From a virus, in IMG/VR virus record IMGVR_UViG_3300023174_000063: a stretch of DNA of 64,000 nt; one strand, given 5' to 3'. Shown one piece after another: positions 47,449-55,637 of this stretch. Position 1 is the first letter of the stretch. Each line of letters begins with the position of its first letter. The position numbers and the translations under genes were made by a program. The notes below the pieces were generated by a model. The model did not search any database. It was not told the origin of the DNA and saw only the letters and a list, made by a program, of their open reading frames with translations.

Positions 47449-48210
47449 ATGAAAAGAAGAACTACATCTCTTTTTAAGAATCTAATGTATGAGAGCTATC
47501 TTCTAAATGAAGCCGACAAAGAAGAAGACGATCTTTTTGGAGACTCCGGAGAAGGTGATCCTGAAGAAGGTGACAAAAAAGAAGGCGAAGACGATGCAGA
47601 CAAAGATGCAGAAGAATCTCCTGATGATGCTGAAGGGAAGGATTCAAAAGACAAGAGTAAAGATCCGGCAGCAGACTTAACAGATGAAGAAAAAGAGAAG
47701 GTTGCTGCAACATGGGCTTCTGAGCAAGCATCTGAGACAGGGGGTGTCGATGGCGAGGAGACAATCGACCCTGACGTTCTTACGTCAGAGATTGAAAAGC
47801 ATTTAGAGAAAGCTGTAAGAGCTGCTGAAGAAAGTGCTAAAATTGATCTAGCGCGTCGTGTAAATTTCTTTAAAGGCAAAGAAGCCCCGGGATCAATAGC
47901 AGATGGTTGGTGGAGAAGAGGACTTTCGACGCTGCTGTATGAGGCAAATGATGCCAATAATGCATCATTTGACGTAGGAGAATATGCGCAGCATGTCTCA
48001 CGTTTTATCTTCAATTATGATAAAATGTTAGACATACCATTTATAATCTACACAAAGGCGTATGATTATATTAAGTCTCTCTACGGAGAAGACATTGCTG
48101 AGCAGTTTAAGTCAATAATGGAAGATCAGTACGACATTGAGTTCAACGAAGAAGAAGAAACACCTACAGTCTACGCCGTCGGCGCCAGGCCATCGGGAGG
48201 CACCGCGTAA
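47449..48210 (+). CDS. Acidic hypothetical protein, putative virion protein
   Basis: LMYES, LLNEA, LLYEA motifs; D/E-rich N-terminal region. Confidence 0.75.
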   Translation: MKRRTTSLFKNLMYESYLLNEADKEEDDLFGDSGEGDPEEGDKKEGEDDADKDAEESPDDAEGKDSKDKSKDPAADLTDEEKEKVAATWASEQASETGGVDGEETIDPDVLTSEIEKHLEKAVRAAEESAKIDLARRVNFFKGKEAPGSIADGWWRRGLSTLLYEANDANNASFDVGEYAQHVSRFIFNYDKMLDIPFIIYTKAYDYIKSLYGEDIAEQFKSIMEDQYDIEFNEEEETPTVYAVGARPSGGTA

Positions 48211-48505
48211 GCCAGAAGAGTTAACTCTGATTCCCTTGCGTGATTTTGAAACACGCAAGACAGTACACATAAGCATCATGAAGTCAACGCACGGAGAATT
48301 GCGTGCCTTACTCTTAAGGCGAGGTCTTTCGATGCAAGAAGTTTTTGATGCACTTGCATCAAAAATCTGCGAAGGAGATGAAGCTCTTGTTTCAATCCTG
48401 GATGATCTTGTGATTGGCAAGAGAACCAAGCAGCTCAAGCGCGTCTCATCGACGGACTCTGAGTCCATCTATCGTGTGATAGCAGACGAAAATCCCCTCA
48501 CGTGA
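48137..48505 (+). CDS. Ribbon-helix-helix-like DNA-binding protein (start uncertain)
   Basis: RKTVHISIMKSTHGELRALLLRRGLSMQEVFDALA fits the RHH strand-helix-helix pattern; alternative TTG start near 48236. Confidence 0.55.
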   Translation: MSSTKKKKHLQSTPSAPGHREAPRKPEELTLIPLRDFETRKTVHISIMKSTHGELRALLLRRGLSMQEVFDALASKICEGDEALVSILDDLVIGKRTKQLKRVSSTDSESIYRVIADENPLT

Positions 48506-48528
48506 CAAGAAAGATATAAAATACCAAC

Positions 48529-48834
48529 ATGGAAAAGTCGTTAGAAGAAAAAGTAAGTCAGCTAACAGAAGATTTTAAGTCAATGAAGGAGAAAATCGAC
48601 GTTCTCTTTTACAATACTGTCGCGCTTGATAGCTTGACGAAGTTTATGCTCCTTAATCAAAATCAGCTGATTGGTGACATGGCAATGTTGAATGATGTTC
48701 TCAAGCAATTGACAGACATGCTGGACGAGAAAGCAATGTCAGGCCAGTATGAGGACTCTGAAGATGCTGATGACTTTGATGACGTAGAAGAGGGTGATAG
48801 CGATGACGATGATCCTGTCGGATCTTTGAACTGA
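48529..48834 (+). CDS. Hypothetical coiled-coil protein with acidic tail
   Basis: 101-aa ORF in gene-dense context. Confidence 0.7.
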   Translation: MEKSLEEKVSQLTEDFKSMKEKIDVLFYNTVALDSLTKFMLLNQNQLIGDMAMLNDVLKQLTDMLDEKAMSGQYEDSEDADDFDDVEEGDSDDDDPVGSLN

Positions 48835-48836
48835 AG

Positions 48837-49268
48837 GTGAATGCTATGCTAAAAAATGTTTTAAATTTTCTTTTGAAGAATTGGAAACTAGTCTGTGTTC
48901 TGGCTGTCGTATGCTACGTATCATTTCTCGGCTGGAAAGTTAATAAGCTCACACTAGAAAACAGCGATCTACGCGCGCGAATTGAGATCGAAGAAAGAAT
49001 TTCTGCTGCTGCGGAGACAGAGATGACAGAAATCACTGATTTGATGCATGTCTACTATGAATCTAGATTTGATCTCTTGAAGAATGCGCAGAAAGAGTTC
49101 GATGAGGCACAAAGACTCGAGGACGAGAGATACAATTTAGCACTGGAAGAGCTTCGTCGCCGCCAGCGGCGCCTTCGTGAGGATCTGCTCGCGCTGGGAG
49201 AGTCTGATCCAGAGGGACTCACATGTGAGCTGGCAAAAAAGTTTAATTTACAGGGGTGCGTAAAATGA
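48837..49268 (+). CDS. Membrane-anchored coiled-coil protein (i-spanin-like)
   Basis: N-terminal TM (WKLVCVLAVVCYVSFLGW), long coiled coil, C-terminal Cys. Confidence 0.55.
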   Translation: MNAMLKNVLNFLLKNWKLVCVLAVVCYVSFLGWKVNKLTLENSDLRARIEIEERISAAAETEMTEITDLMHVYYESRFDLLKNAQKEFDEAQRLEDERYNLALEELRRRQRRLREDLLALGESDPEGLTCELAKKFNLQGCVK

Positions 49269-49753
49269 GAATTTTGTTGACTGCATTGATGCCTATTTTG
49301 CTGATGACTACCGCTGCATTTGCTCAAACAGATGATACTGACTCTGCACATGAACAAGCTGATTCTGGCAATCTTGTCCTTACACTCAAGATGGGGGCTC
49401 CTGCGCCATGGACAGGAACATTAATCTCGACTGGCGCAGCTGCGAGTATGATTTTATCAAGAACTCATCTAGAAGATAAATGTAAACAAGACATTGAGCA
49501 CACACAAAAGCTCGAAGAGAGCAAATGCACACGTGACAAAAGTATTCTAGAAGGAGAGAATAAGCTGCTCAAGTCATATTATGAGGGCGTCATTCTTGCA
49601 AAGGACAAGCACATTAAGTCGCTAGAGGACATTAAAAATCCACCTCCTCCTCCGCCACTAAAATTCTATGAGACGACCACTGCGTATTTCACATACGGCA
49701 TTTTAGCAGGCGCTGCTATTGCGATAGCTAGTACGCACTTTGCTAACAATTAA
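49265..49753 (+). CDS. Signal-peptide protein with C-terminal TM (possible spanin partner)
   Basis: MRILLTALMPILLMTTAAFA signal; PAPWTGTL; two Cys; poly-Pro; C-terminal FTYGILAGAAIAIA; ATGA overlap. Confidence 0.55.
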   Translation: MRILLTALMPILLMTTAAFAQTDDTDSAHEQADSGNLVLTLKMGAPAPWTGTLISTGAAASMILSRTHLEDKCKQDIEHTQKLEESKCTRDKSILEGENKLLKSYYEGVILAKDKHIKSLEDIKNPPPPPPLKFYETTTAYFTYGILAGAAIAIASTHFANN

Positions 49754-49766
49754 TGGACGCTGCTGC

Positions 49767-49773
49767 ATAATTA
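49767..49773 (+). promoter_or_regulatory. Putative late promoter motif ATAATTA
   Basis: Upstream of the GGAGG SD of the 49799 gene. Confidence 0.4.
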
Positions 49774-49798
49774 AGTGCAGAAACCTCGGAGGTCGCTA

Positions 49799-51766
49799 AT
49801 GTCAGATAAGAAGGCACTAACACGTCTTGCCAAGCATTTGCTTTTTGAATTCAATGACAAAGACGTCGTTGACAGATTTACGTTGTACGACAGGCCTGGA
49901 CCGCAGCTAAATAATCTTGAGGCAACTGCGGGTCAAGACGTAGAGTCAACAATAGGCAGAGAGGTGCCGCTCAAGCCCTCAGTTCTCATGGCGACTCAAA
50001 ATTTTGGAGAGCGACCACCCGTAGAGGATGATGATTACCTGCCATCTAATCGCAAAGAACTAGGTAATGCTGCGTCTGTTATTTCATCGATGGTGCCTCC
50101 TGATCAAATCGATTTTTTTTACAAGGGTCTTCATGATCTTTATGACGCTGCACGTGATCGAGAGGGTAGTGTCGATTCTGAAGACACTAGCAGCGACAAG
50201 ACACAGACACCCGAAAATATTGTTAACAAAGAGGAAAATATGAAAAAAGCCAAGCCCGCTTCGAAGAATGAAATTACAAAAGAAGGCAGAAGAATTATCT
50301 CACTTCTTAGGCAACTAATTGTCGAAGCATCTTCAGCAGACGTGGAGAGACTCCAGCGCCTACAGTCGCTCAGCAAAGACACCTCGAGTAATTTATCACG
50401 TGTAGACGCAGGATATTTGACGCCAAATTATGAGGAAGCAGCTAGAAAACTTCAGAAATTAGGCTACAATATTACAGCAGAAGAATTGGCTGCGAACGCT
50501 AGTGCTGCATCACCTCCTGCAGCCGGCACTCAAAAAATCAAAGATTTGCCTCAAGGACCGGCGATAGGCGACATGTACAAATACAGGAAAGATGGCGAAA
50601 ATTGGAGAGCTGGAGCACCCGCAATTGATCCTCGTAAGTCGCTTGAATACATGAAAAATGTTTTGGACTATTCTTCCGAATCAGGCGCTCGCCAAGCTGC
50701 CATCATAATTAAGCGCCGCCATGATCGTATTCTGGCACTTCTAAACGATCCTGATGCATCAGAAGCACTAGAAGATCTTCTCGATGTCGTTAAAGACGAT
50801 CTGTTCGACATAATGCTTAAGAAAAAGCTTATCACACCTGAATCTGCAGCTGCATGGAAAAAGTACCCAGAAGAATTAGGGCTTTTTACGCACCCAACAT
50901 TTAAAAATCTTGTCGGCAAGATTCTTGATCCCTTTCACAAGCAGGAAGAAAAAGCCATTCAGGATACTATTCGTCTCGCCGTACATAAGATCAGTATAAA
51001 TTCACCAAAATTAGGTAAAATAAGCGTCGGTCTTACAGGCCCAGTCTCAGATACTGTATTTAATCAGGTTGTTGGAGGCTCTGATCCTGATTTTGACAAC
51101 ATCAAGAAGCGACTTATGCAGAAAGATGGCCTCGGTGAAGCTGATGCTGCAGCACTCACAGAAAAGATTAAAAAATCTTTTATGAAGATTAGGAAAGATG
51201 TAGGCCTCGATACAGAAGGCGCAGATGAAGATTTTGCAGGTGAAGATATTCTTACTGCAGCACTTGATGACTGGATGAAGAAGTCAGAGAAAGACAAAGA
51301 GAAATTTGTCATGAGTGTCTCTGATGCTTTAAAGTCAGATGTACAAATGACAAAGAGAGAAAAAGATTACATTGAAAAGATTGGCAAGAGCGCAAAGCCA
51401 CAAAACTCATCAGTAGACAATGACGCAGTAGACGATCGTGACGAATCGATTGGCTCTTCTATGCCCGCATATGTACCACCAGCTCCTGGCTCAGCTCCTG
51501 AATCGGGTTGGGCGCGGTCACTTCGCAGAGACAGAGAGAGAATTGAAGCTGCAATTGCAGGTCGCAAAGTGACGAAAGCGAAAGAAGAAGAAGAATTAGC
51601 AAAGAGGCGCGCAGAATATGAGGCAAAAGGTGGCACTGCACCACCAGCACCCCGCGGCCGAGGTCGCCCACCAAAAGCTGCCACTGTTCCTGCGACAACA
51701 GTACCTCCAGCAGCTCCAGCCACTCAGGTCAATAGAGTCGATCCCGTGAGGAGAAAAAAGACTTAA
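49799..51766 (+). CDS. Large hypothetical protein with C-terminal AT-hook, putative internal head protein
   Basis: GGAGG SD; LLFE, LIVEA; PRGRGRPPK near the C-terminus. Confidence 0.7.
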   Translation: MSDKKALTRLAKHLLFEFNDKDVVDRFTLYDRPGPQLNNLEATAGQDVESTIGREVPLKPSVLMATQNFGERPPVEDDDYLPSNRKELGNAASVISSMVPPDQIDFFYKGLHDLYDAARDREGSVDSEDTSSDKTQTPENIVNKEENMKKAKPASKNEITKEGRRIISLLRQLIVEASSADVERLQRLQSLSKDTSSNLSRVDAGYLTPNYEEAARKLQKLGYNITAEELAANASAASPPAAGTQKIKDLPQGPAIGDMYKYRKDGENWRAGAPAIDPRKSLEYMKNVLDYSSESGARQAAIIIKRRHDRILALLNDPDASEALEDLLDVVKDDLFDIMLKKKLITPESAAAWKKYPEELGLFTHPTFKNLVGKILDPFHKQEEKAIQDTIRLAVHKISINSPKLGKISVGLTGPVSDTVFNQVVGGSDPDFDNIKKRLMQKDGLGEADAAALTEKIKKSFMKIRKDVGLDTEGADEDFAGEDILTAALDDWMKKSEKDKEKFVMSVSDALKSDVQMTKREKDYIEKIGKSAKPQNSSVDNDAVDDRDESIGSSMPAYVPPAPGSAPESGWARSLRRDRERIEAAIAGRKVTKAKEEEELAKRRAEYEAKGGTAPPAPRGRGRPPKAATVPATTVPPAAPATQVNRVDPVRRKKT

Positions 51767-51768
51767 AA

Positions 51769-52173
51769 ATGAAAAAGCTATTAACCGAAGTAATGCATGA
51801 TTACTTCGCTGGAGAGCAAGAGCAAGAATTTAATCCTTTGCGCGGCTTAGTTGTGCAGCGAGGCATGCCCGTTGTCCCTAAAAGGACGACAAGATGGCAA
51901 AAAGTTTCAAGCCCTAACAGGCTTCATGCGAGCTATACGTTCAAATCAAAAAATGAATACTATCTTTTCCTAGTAGAAATTTTTTCGCACGAACGCAAAG
52001 TCAACCATCATGCAAAAGTTATCTGTGAATACCCAGAAATTATAATTGAAGTTTACACACATGACGTCAATGATATTACTGAATTAGACTTAGAATATTC
52101 TCGAGAAATTGAGGAAATTTACAAGGACGTCAAGGATTATGCGAACTACAACGAAAAAGACACAGACGTATAA
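51769..52173 (+). CDS. Pterin-4a-carbinolamine dehydratase-like protein
   Basis: W......L..SYTFKS...FL.EI...E..VNHHAKV...VYTHDVNDITELDL. Confidence 0.75.
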   Translation: MKKLLTEVMHDYFAGEQEQEFNPLRGLVVQRGMPVVPKRTTRWQKVSSPNRLHASYTFKSKNEYYLFLVEIFSHERKVNHHAKVICEYPEIIIEVYTHDVNDITELDLEYSREIEEIYKDVKDYANYNEKDTDV

Positions 52174-52555
52174 CGAAACAGATAAAAACTTCTCGGACCT
52201 GCTTGATGAGTCAAAGCCTACAATTTTATTCAGTGATACGCTTAGAGAGACTGTCGACCACCTGCTCCAGACGCCTGCAGAAAGAGATGTTTTTAAGTGC
52301 AAGATCCGACTTGAACAAGAAGGCATTATTTGTAATTTAATTTGCGTAGATACTTGCGCTCAAGCAACAACCATAAAAGCTGAAGTAGACAGAGGCGATG
52401 CTTGGGTTGTGCTTAATTCTCTTGATTCTCTCACCAGTATAGAGATAGAAAAAAACAAGAATATGCTTGACAGTCATGTCATAGAGCGCATCAAGTTGTC
52501 TAAGAAGAAGTCAACAGATAAATTTCTGCTTAAGGTCAAGTTACTAAAGTCCTGA
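52139..52555 (+). CDS. Hypothetical protein
   Basis: Open frame; ATG 52139 after AAGGA (track start 52109). Confidence 0.55.
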   Translation: MRTTTKKTQTYNETDKNFSDLLDESKPTILFSDTLRETVDHLLQTPAERDVFKCKIRLEQEGIICNLICVDTCAQATTIKAEVDRGDAWVVLNSLDSLTSIEIEKNKNMLDSHVIERIKLSKKKSTDKFLLKVKLLKS

Positions 52556-52573
52556 ACAAATGAGAGTTTGACC

Positions 52574-52580
52574 ATAATTA
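52574..52580 (+). promoter_or_regulatory. Putative late promoter motif ATAATTA
   Basis: Upstream of the 52611 gene. Confidence 0.4.
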
Positions 52581-52610
52581 GTAAGCGTATAACAGAGCGC
52601 AGGAGCATAT

Positions 52611-52784
52611 ATGTCTCAAGAATCTTTTAATTTTGACAAGTTTATGGAAGATATGGAATCGCGTGAAAATCAAAAGAAGAAGCGCCAACAAGAATTAGCA
52701 AATGCTGAGGAAATGACTCCTAACCGGCGCCGTGATGCCAACAATAAAGAAGATTGGCGTAATAGGGTGAGGTGGTCTAGATAA
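52611..52784 (+). CDS. Small hypothetical protein, 57 aa (absent from the ORF track)
   Basis: AGGAG SD; MSQESFNFDKFMEDMESRE...WRNRVRWSR*; TAATG coupling with next gene. Confidence 0.8.
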   Translation: MSQESFNFDKFMEDMESRENQKKKRQQELANAEEMTPNRRRDANNKEDWRNRVRWSR

Positions 52785-53653
52785 TGAAAAAGCTAAACTT
52801 TTCATCTCTAAGTGATCTTATTGAAACAACTGTCAATGAGACATTTCGAGAGACAATAGCACCGCTTGTACTCGAGAATGAAAAAGAAAAAGCTCTGCAG
52901 AAAAAACAAGAGCTGGAAAACTCTGAATTTAAGAAAAATAATGCGCCTGAGCCTAAAGACAAAAACAAAGCTAACGATGCCTCCGGCGATAAAAGTAAGT
53001 CAAAAGTAAAGACAGAGCCAGAAGTAGAAAAGCCAGGACCTCCCGGAACGAGAGTTCCGGAAGCAGATAAGGATACACTCAATCCCAAGTCCATGATAGA
53101 TCAATTAGAGAAAATGGACGATGAAAATAAGCCAAACATCTCTAAAGAAAAAATGCAGATAGTCTTTCCATCTAAAGAGCAGGTCATTCGTGCAGATGTA
53201 AAACATGTTCTCATGATGCTTAACATGATGAGAAGCGGTAAGTCACTAAAGAAAACAGAGACAAGACGACAGCTGCAAGATTACTACGCAACCCTCAATT
53301 CAGGGGAAAAGCAGGCATTGTTTGCAACAATTAGTGGCCTAACCCAGATTTTAGCTGCAGGTGTTCCCGGCAAGAGTGCTGTTGATCCATCATACATTTC
53401 GCTTGGAATATCGACCAAACCTTCTGATAAAAAGCCAGAAAAATCAGGCGAAAGTGAAGAGGGCGAAGCGTCTGTAAAAGACACGCCTTCTGACGGTATC
53501 TTTAGAGTCTCAGCGCCTAACAAGACTGTCAAAAAATCTTCGCAAGGTGTGCCAAAAAAGCCTTCTGAGGGCGACGATACGCCTATTGTCGTAGGTGAAG
53601 TTGCAGACAAATCAGATATTAAAAAAATCTATGAGTCACTTCGTAAGGGTTGA
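52784..53653 (+). CDS. Hypothetical protein, putative virion protein
   Basis: LIET, VNET; K/E/P-rich linkers around a helical core (LNMMRSGKSLK). Confidence 0.75.
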   Translation: MKKLNFSSLSDLIETTVNETFRETIAPLVLENEKEKALQKKQELENSEFKKNNAPEPKDKNKANDASGDKSKSKVKTEPEVEKPGPPGTRVPEADKDTLNPKSMIDQLEKMDDENKPNISKEKMQIVFPSKEQVIRADVKHVLMMLNMMRSGKSLKKTETRRQLQDYYATLNSGEKQALFATISGLTQILAAGVPGKSAVDPSYISLGISTKPSDKKPEKSGESEEGEASVKDTPSDGIFRVSAPNKTVKKSSQGVPKKPSEGDDTPIVVGEVADKSDIKKIYESLRKG

Positions 53654-54096
53654 TTTTTATGCATCTAGACGCCGACATTCAAAATATTCTTGAGTCAGTT
53701 AAGCTTAAGCTGCACTTGCACGCGCTGATTGAGTCTGCTAAGAACGACAGTAAAATATCTGAATTAGATGATGACATTCTTATTGAAGCCATTGTTGATC
53801 GTCTTATCAGTGAAGCAAAGAAGAAAAAGAAAATCGACTATAAGGACGCTTATAAAAGATGGCATTCTTCAAAAAAAGCTAAGAGAGAAAGAGCGCAGCG
53901 TAACAAGATTAGAAGACAGTTTGAGAGAGAAGGCATTGTCGAAAAGGGCGATGGCAAAGAAATCGATCATATTGTTCCAAAAAGCAAGGGAGGATCTGAC
54001 TCAAGAAAGAATCTTAGAGTAGTTTCTCGACATGTCAATCGAACAAAAGGCTCAAAAATGCCGAAACGACGCAAGAGAAAAAATGCTGCTAAGTGA
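53650..54096 (+). CDS. HNH endonuclease domain protein with N-terminal L/I-x-E repeats
   Basis: DGKEIDHIVPKSKGGSDSRKNLRVVSRHVNRTKG; N-terminal ILES/LIES/LIEA/LISEA; start 53650 or 53659. Confidence 0.8.
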   Translation: MIFMHLDADIQNILESVKLKLHLHALIESAKNDSKISELDDDILIEAIVDRLISEAKKKKKIDYKDAYKRWHSSKKAKRERAQRNKIRRQFEREGIVEKGDGKEIDHIVPKSKGGSDSRKNLRVVSRHVNRTKGSKMPKRRKRKNAAK

Positions 54097-54388
54097 ATCA
54101 CAGCTCAGGCAAATTATAAGAGAAGCACTTGATAGATCTAGTGAAGAATATCATTGTCACAATGGCGAGGTGGTTTTATTTGGTTCGAGCCAGTGCATAG
54201 AAGATATAGAGTTACGTATAATAGATGTAGTACGCATGAGAAATCGAACGAGGCCAATGTCTGACAAACGTGTTCATTGCAACGGTTATTTAAAGATGCT
54301 TCGAAGAGAATTGGCAGCAGCACAAAGAGTTGCCACAGCTAAAGCATCAATTCCCGAAATAAAGCCAGACAACGACTGGGAGAAGTAA
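54083..54388 (+). CDS. Hypothetical protein with LSESQLRQIIREAL leader
   Basis: ATG 54083; leader resembles putative head-targeting sequences; C/H residues. Confidence 0.65.
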   Translation: MLLSESQLRQIIREALDRSSEEYHCHNGEVVLFGSSQCIEDIELRIIDVVRMRNRTRPMSDKRVHCNGYLKMLRRELAAAQRVATAKASIPEIKPDNDWEK

Positions 54389-54392
54389 AAAT

Positions 54393-55577
54393 ATGGGCGG
54401 CGCAGCTGGTCATATGAGTCACGTATATGAGGATTTAGATCTCACGTTTGGAGATTTGAAGCAGATATTACGTGACGTTGTAGACTCTAAAGTAGAGCTT
54501 TTTGAAAAAATTGACGGTCAAAATCTTTTCGTAACATTCGATCCTGATGTAGGAAAAATATATGCTGCGAGAAATTTGACAGATATTAAAAAGGGAGGTT
54601 CTCCAGCAGAAGATTTTATGCCGCGCTGGGAAGGACACCCTGCCGCAAAGCCTTTTACAGAGGGCTTTGCTGCATTAGAGCAAATATTTAGACGCCTCTC
54701 TGGAGACGACACCCAAAAAGTCTTTATTAGAGATGATGCAGGCAAGCTGCCATTTCTTAATTTAGAAATTGTCTGTTCTGCACACCCAAATCTTATTCAA
54801 TATGACAAGAATTTTTTGGTTTTTCATTCCTTAGACACAGGTGATGCCGAGTCTTTTTCACTGCTTGTCAGCGCACTTTCAGGTAAAAGAGCTACTGTCA
54901 GTGGTGAGGAATGGGAAGTCAGCGGTCCTCGAAGTGTCAAAATTAATATTAACAATTCAAAAAGTAGGGCACTTGACACATCAATTTTAAAAATTGATGA
55001 ATTAGGAATGAGTGATAGTTCTACTATCGCCGATTATGCTACAGAAAAACTCAGAGCAAATATTGTTTCAGAAATACCGGTAACCACAATTAAACAAGAG
55101 AGCATCATAAACCTAGTCTTAGGTAAGCCTGCTATGCATACCATCGCTTCACTGAAGAAAGACGAATCTCAAGTTGTGCAAAAGATTATTAGTAGTCTTT
55201 GCACACAAGAAAACGCTAGAAAGGCTAGGAGTGTTGTGCTAAGACCTATTGAAAATATTATTACGGACCTTTCAGCAGTAATATTAGACGGCGAGCCCTC
55301 AACGCTAGTTGACGATCATGCTCGTGTCATATCGCAACTCAAACAAGATGTTATAGATTCAATAGCGCAACTCAAGAAATTAGCTGACGCCGGAGATCTA
55401 GCAACAGAAAAATTACTTGACAAACAAATGCCTAAGCTTAGGACAGCTGACAACATTAATACATCGATGGAGGGTGTGGTATTTAAACACCCTGCGTCTG
55501 AGACAACGTATAAGATGACTGGCACATTTGCTATGGCAAATCAAATAGTTGGACACGCTAGGCGGTCTGGCGTCTAG
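54393..55577 (+). CDS. RNA-ligase/covalent nucleotidyltransferase-superfamily-like protein
   Basis: EKIDGQN (KxDG), ARN, NLEIV, VFH, MEGVVF, YKMTG follow ligase motif order I-V; N-terminal GHMSH. Confidence 0.55.
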   Translation: MGGAAGHMSHVYEDLDLTFGDLKQILRDVVDSKVELFEKIDGQNLFVTFDPDVGKIYAARNLTDIKKGGSPAEDFMPRWEGHPAAKPFTEGFAALEQIFRRLSGDDTQKVFIRDDAGKLPFLNLEIVCSAHPNLIQYDKNFLVFHSLDTGDAESFSLLVSALSGKRATVSGEEWEVSGPRSVKININNSKSRALDTSILKIDELGMSDSSTIADYATEKLRANIVSEIPVTTIKQESIINLVLGKPAMHTIASLKKDESQVVQKIISSLCTQENARKARSVVLRPIENIITDLSAVILDGEPSTLVDDHARVISQLKQDVIDSIAQLKKLADAGDLATEKLLDKQMPKLRTADNINTSMEGVVFKHPASETTYKMTGTFAMANQIVGHARRSGV

Positions 55578-55609
55578 GCACAAAATGCTACAAACAAAAA
55601 GCTCGCAGT

Positions 55610-55616
55610 ATAATTA
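55610..55616 (+). promoter_or_regulatory. Putative late promoter motif ATAATTA
   Basis: Upstream of the 55638 gene. Confidence 0.4.
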
Positions 55617-55637
55617 TTGGAGAATGCAGGAGACTAC

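Noticed and set aside
53650-54096. HNH as a mobile homing endonuclease or intron ORF
   Set aside because: It interrupts no gene, is tightly coupled to its neighbours and carries a virion-type leader
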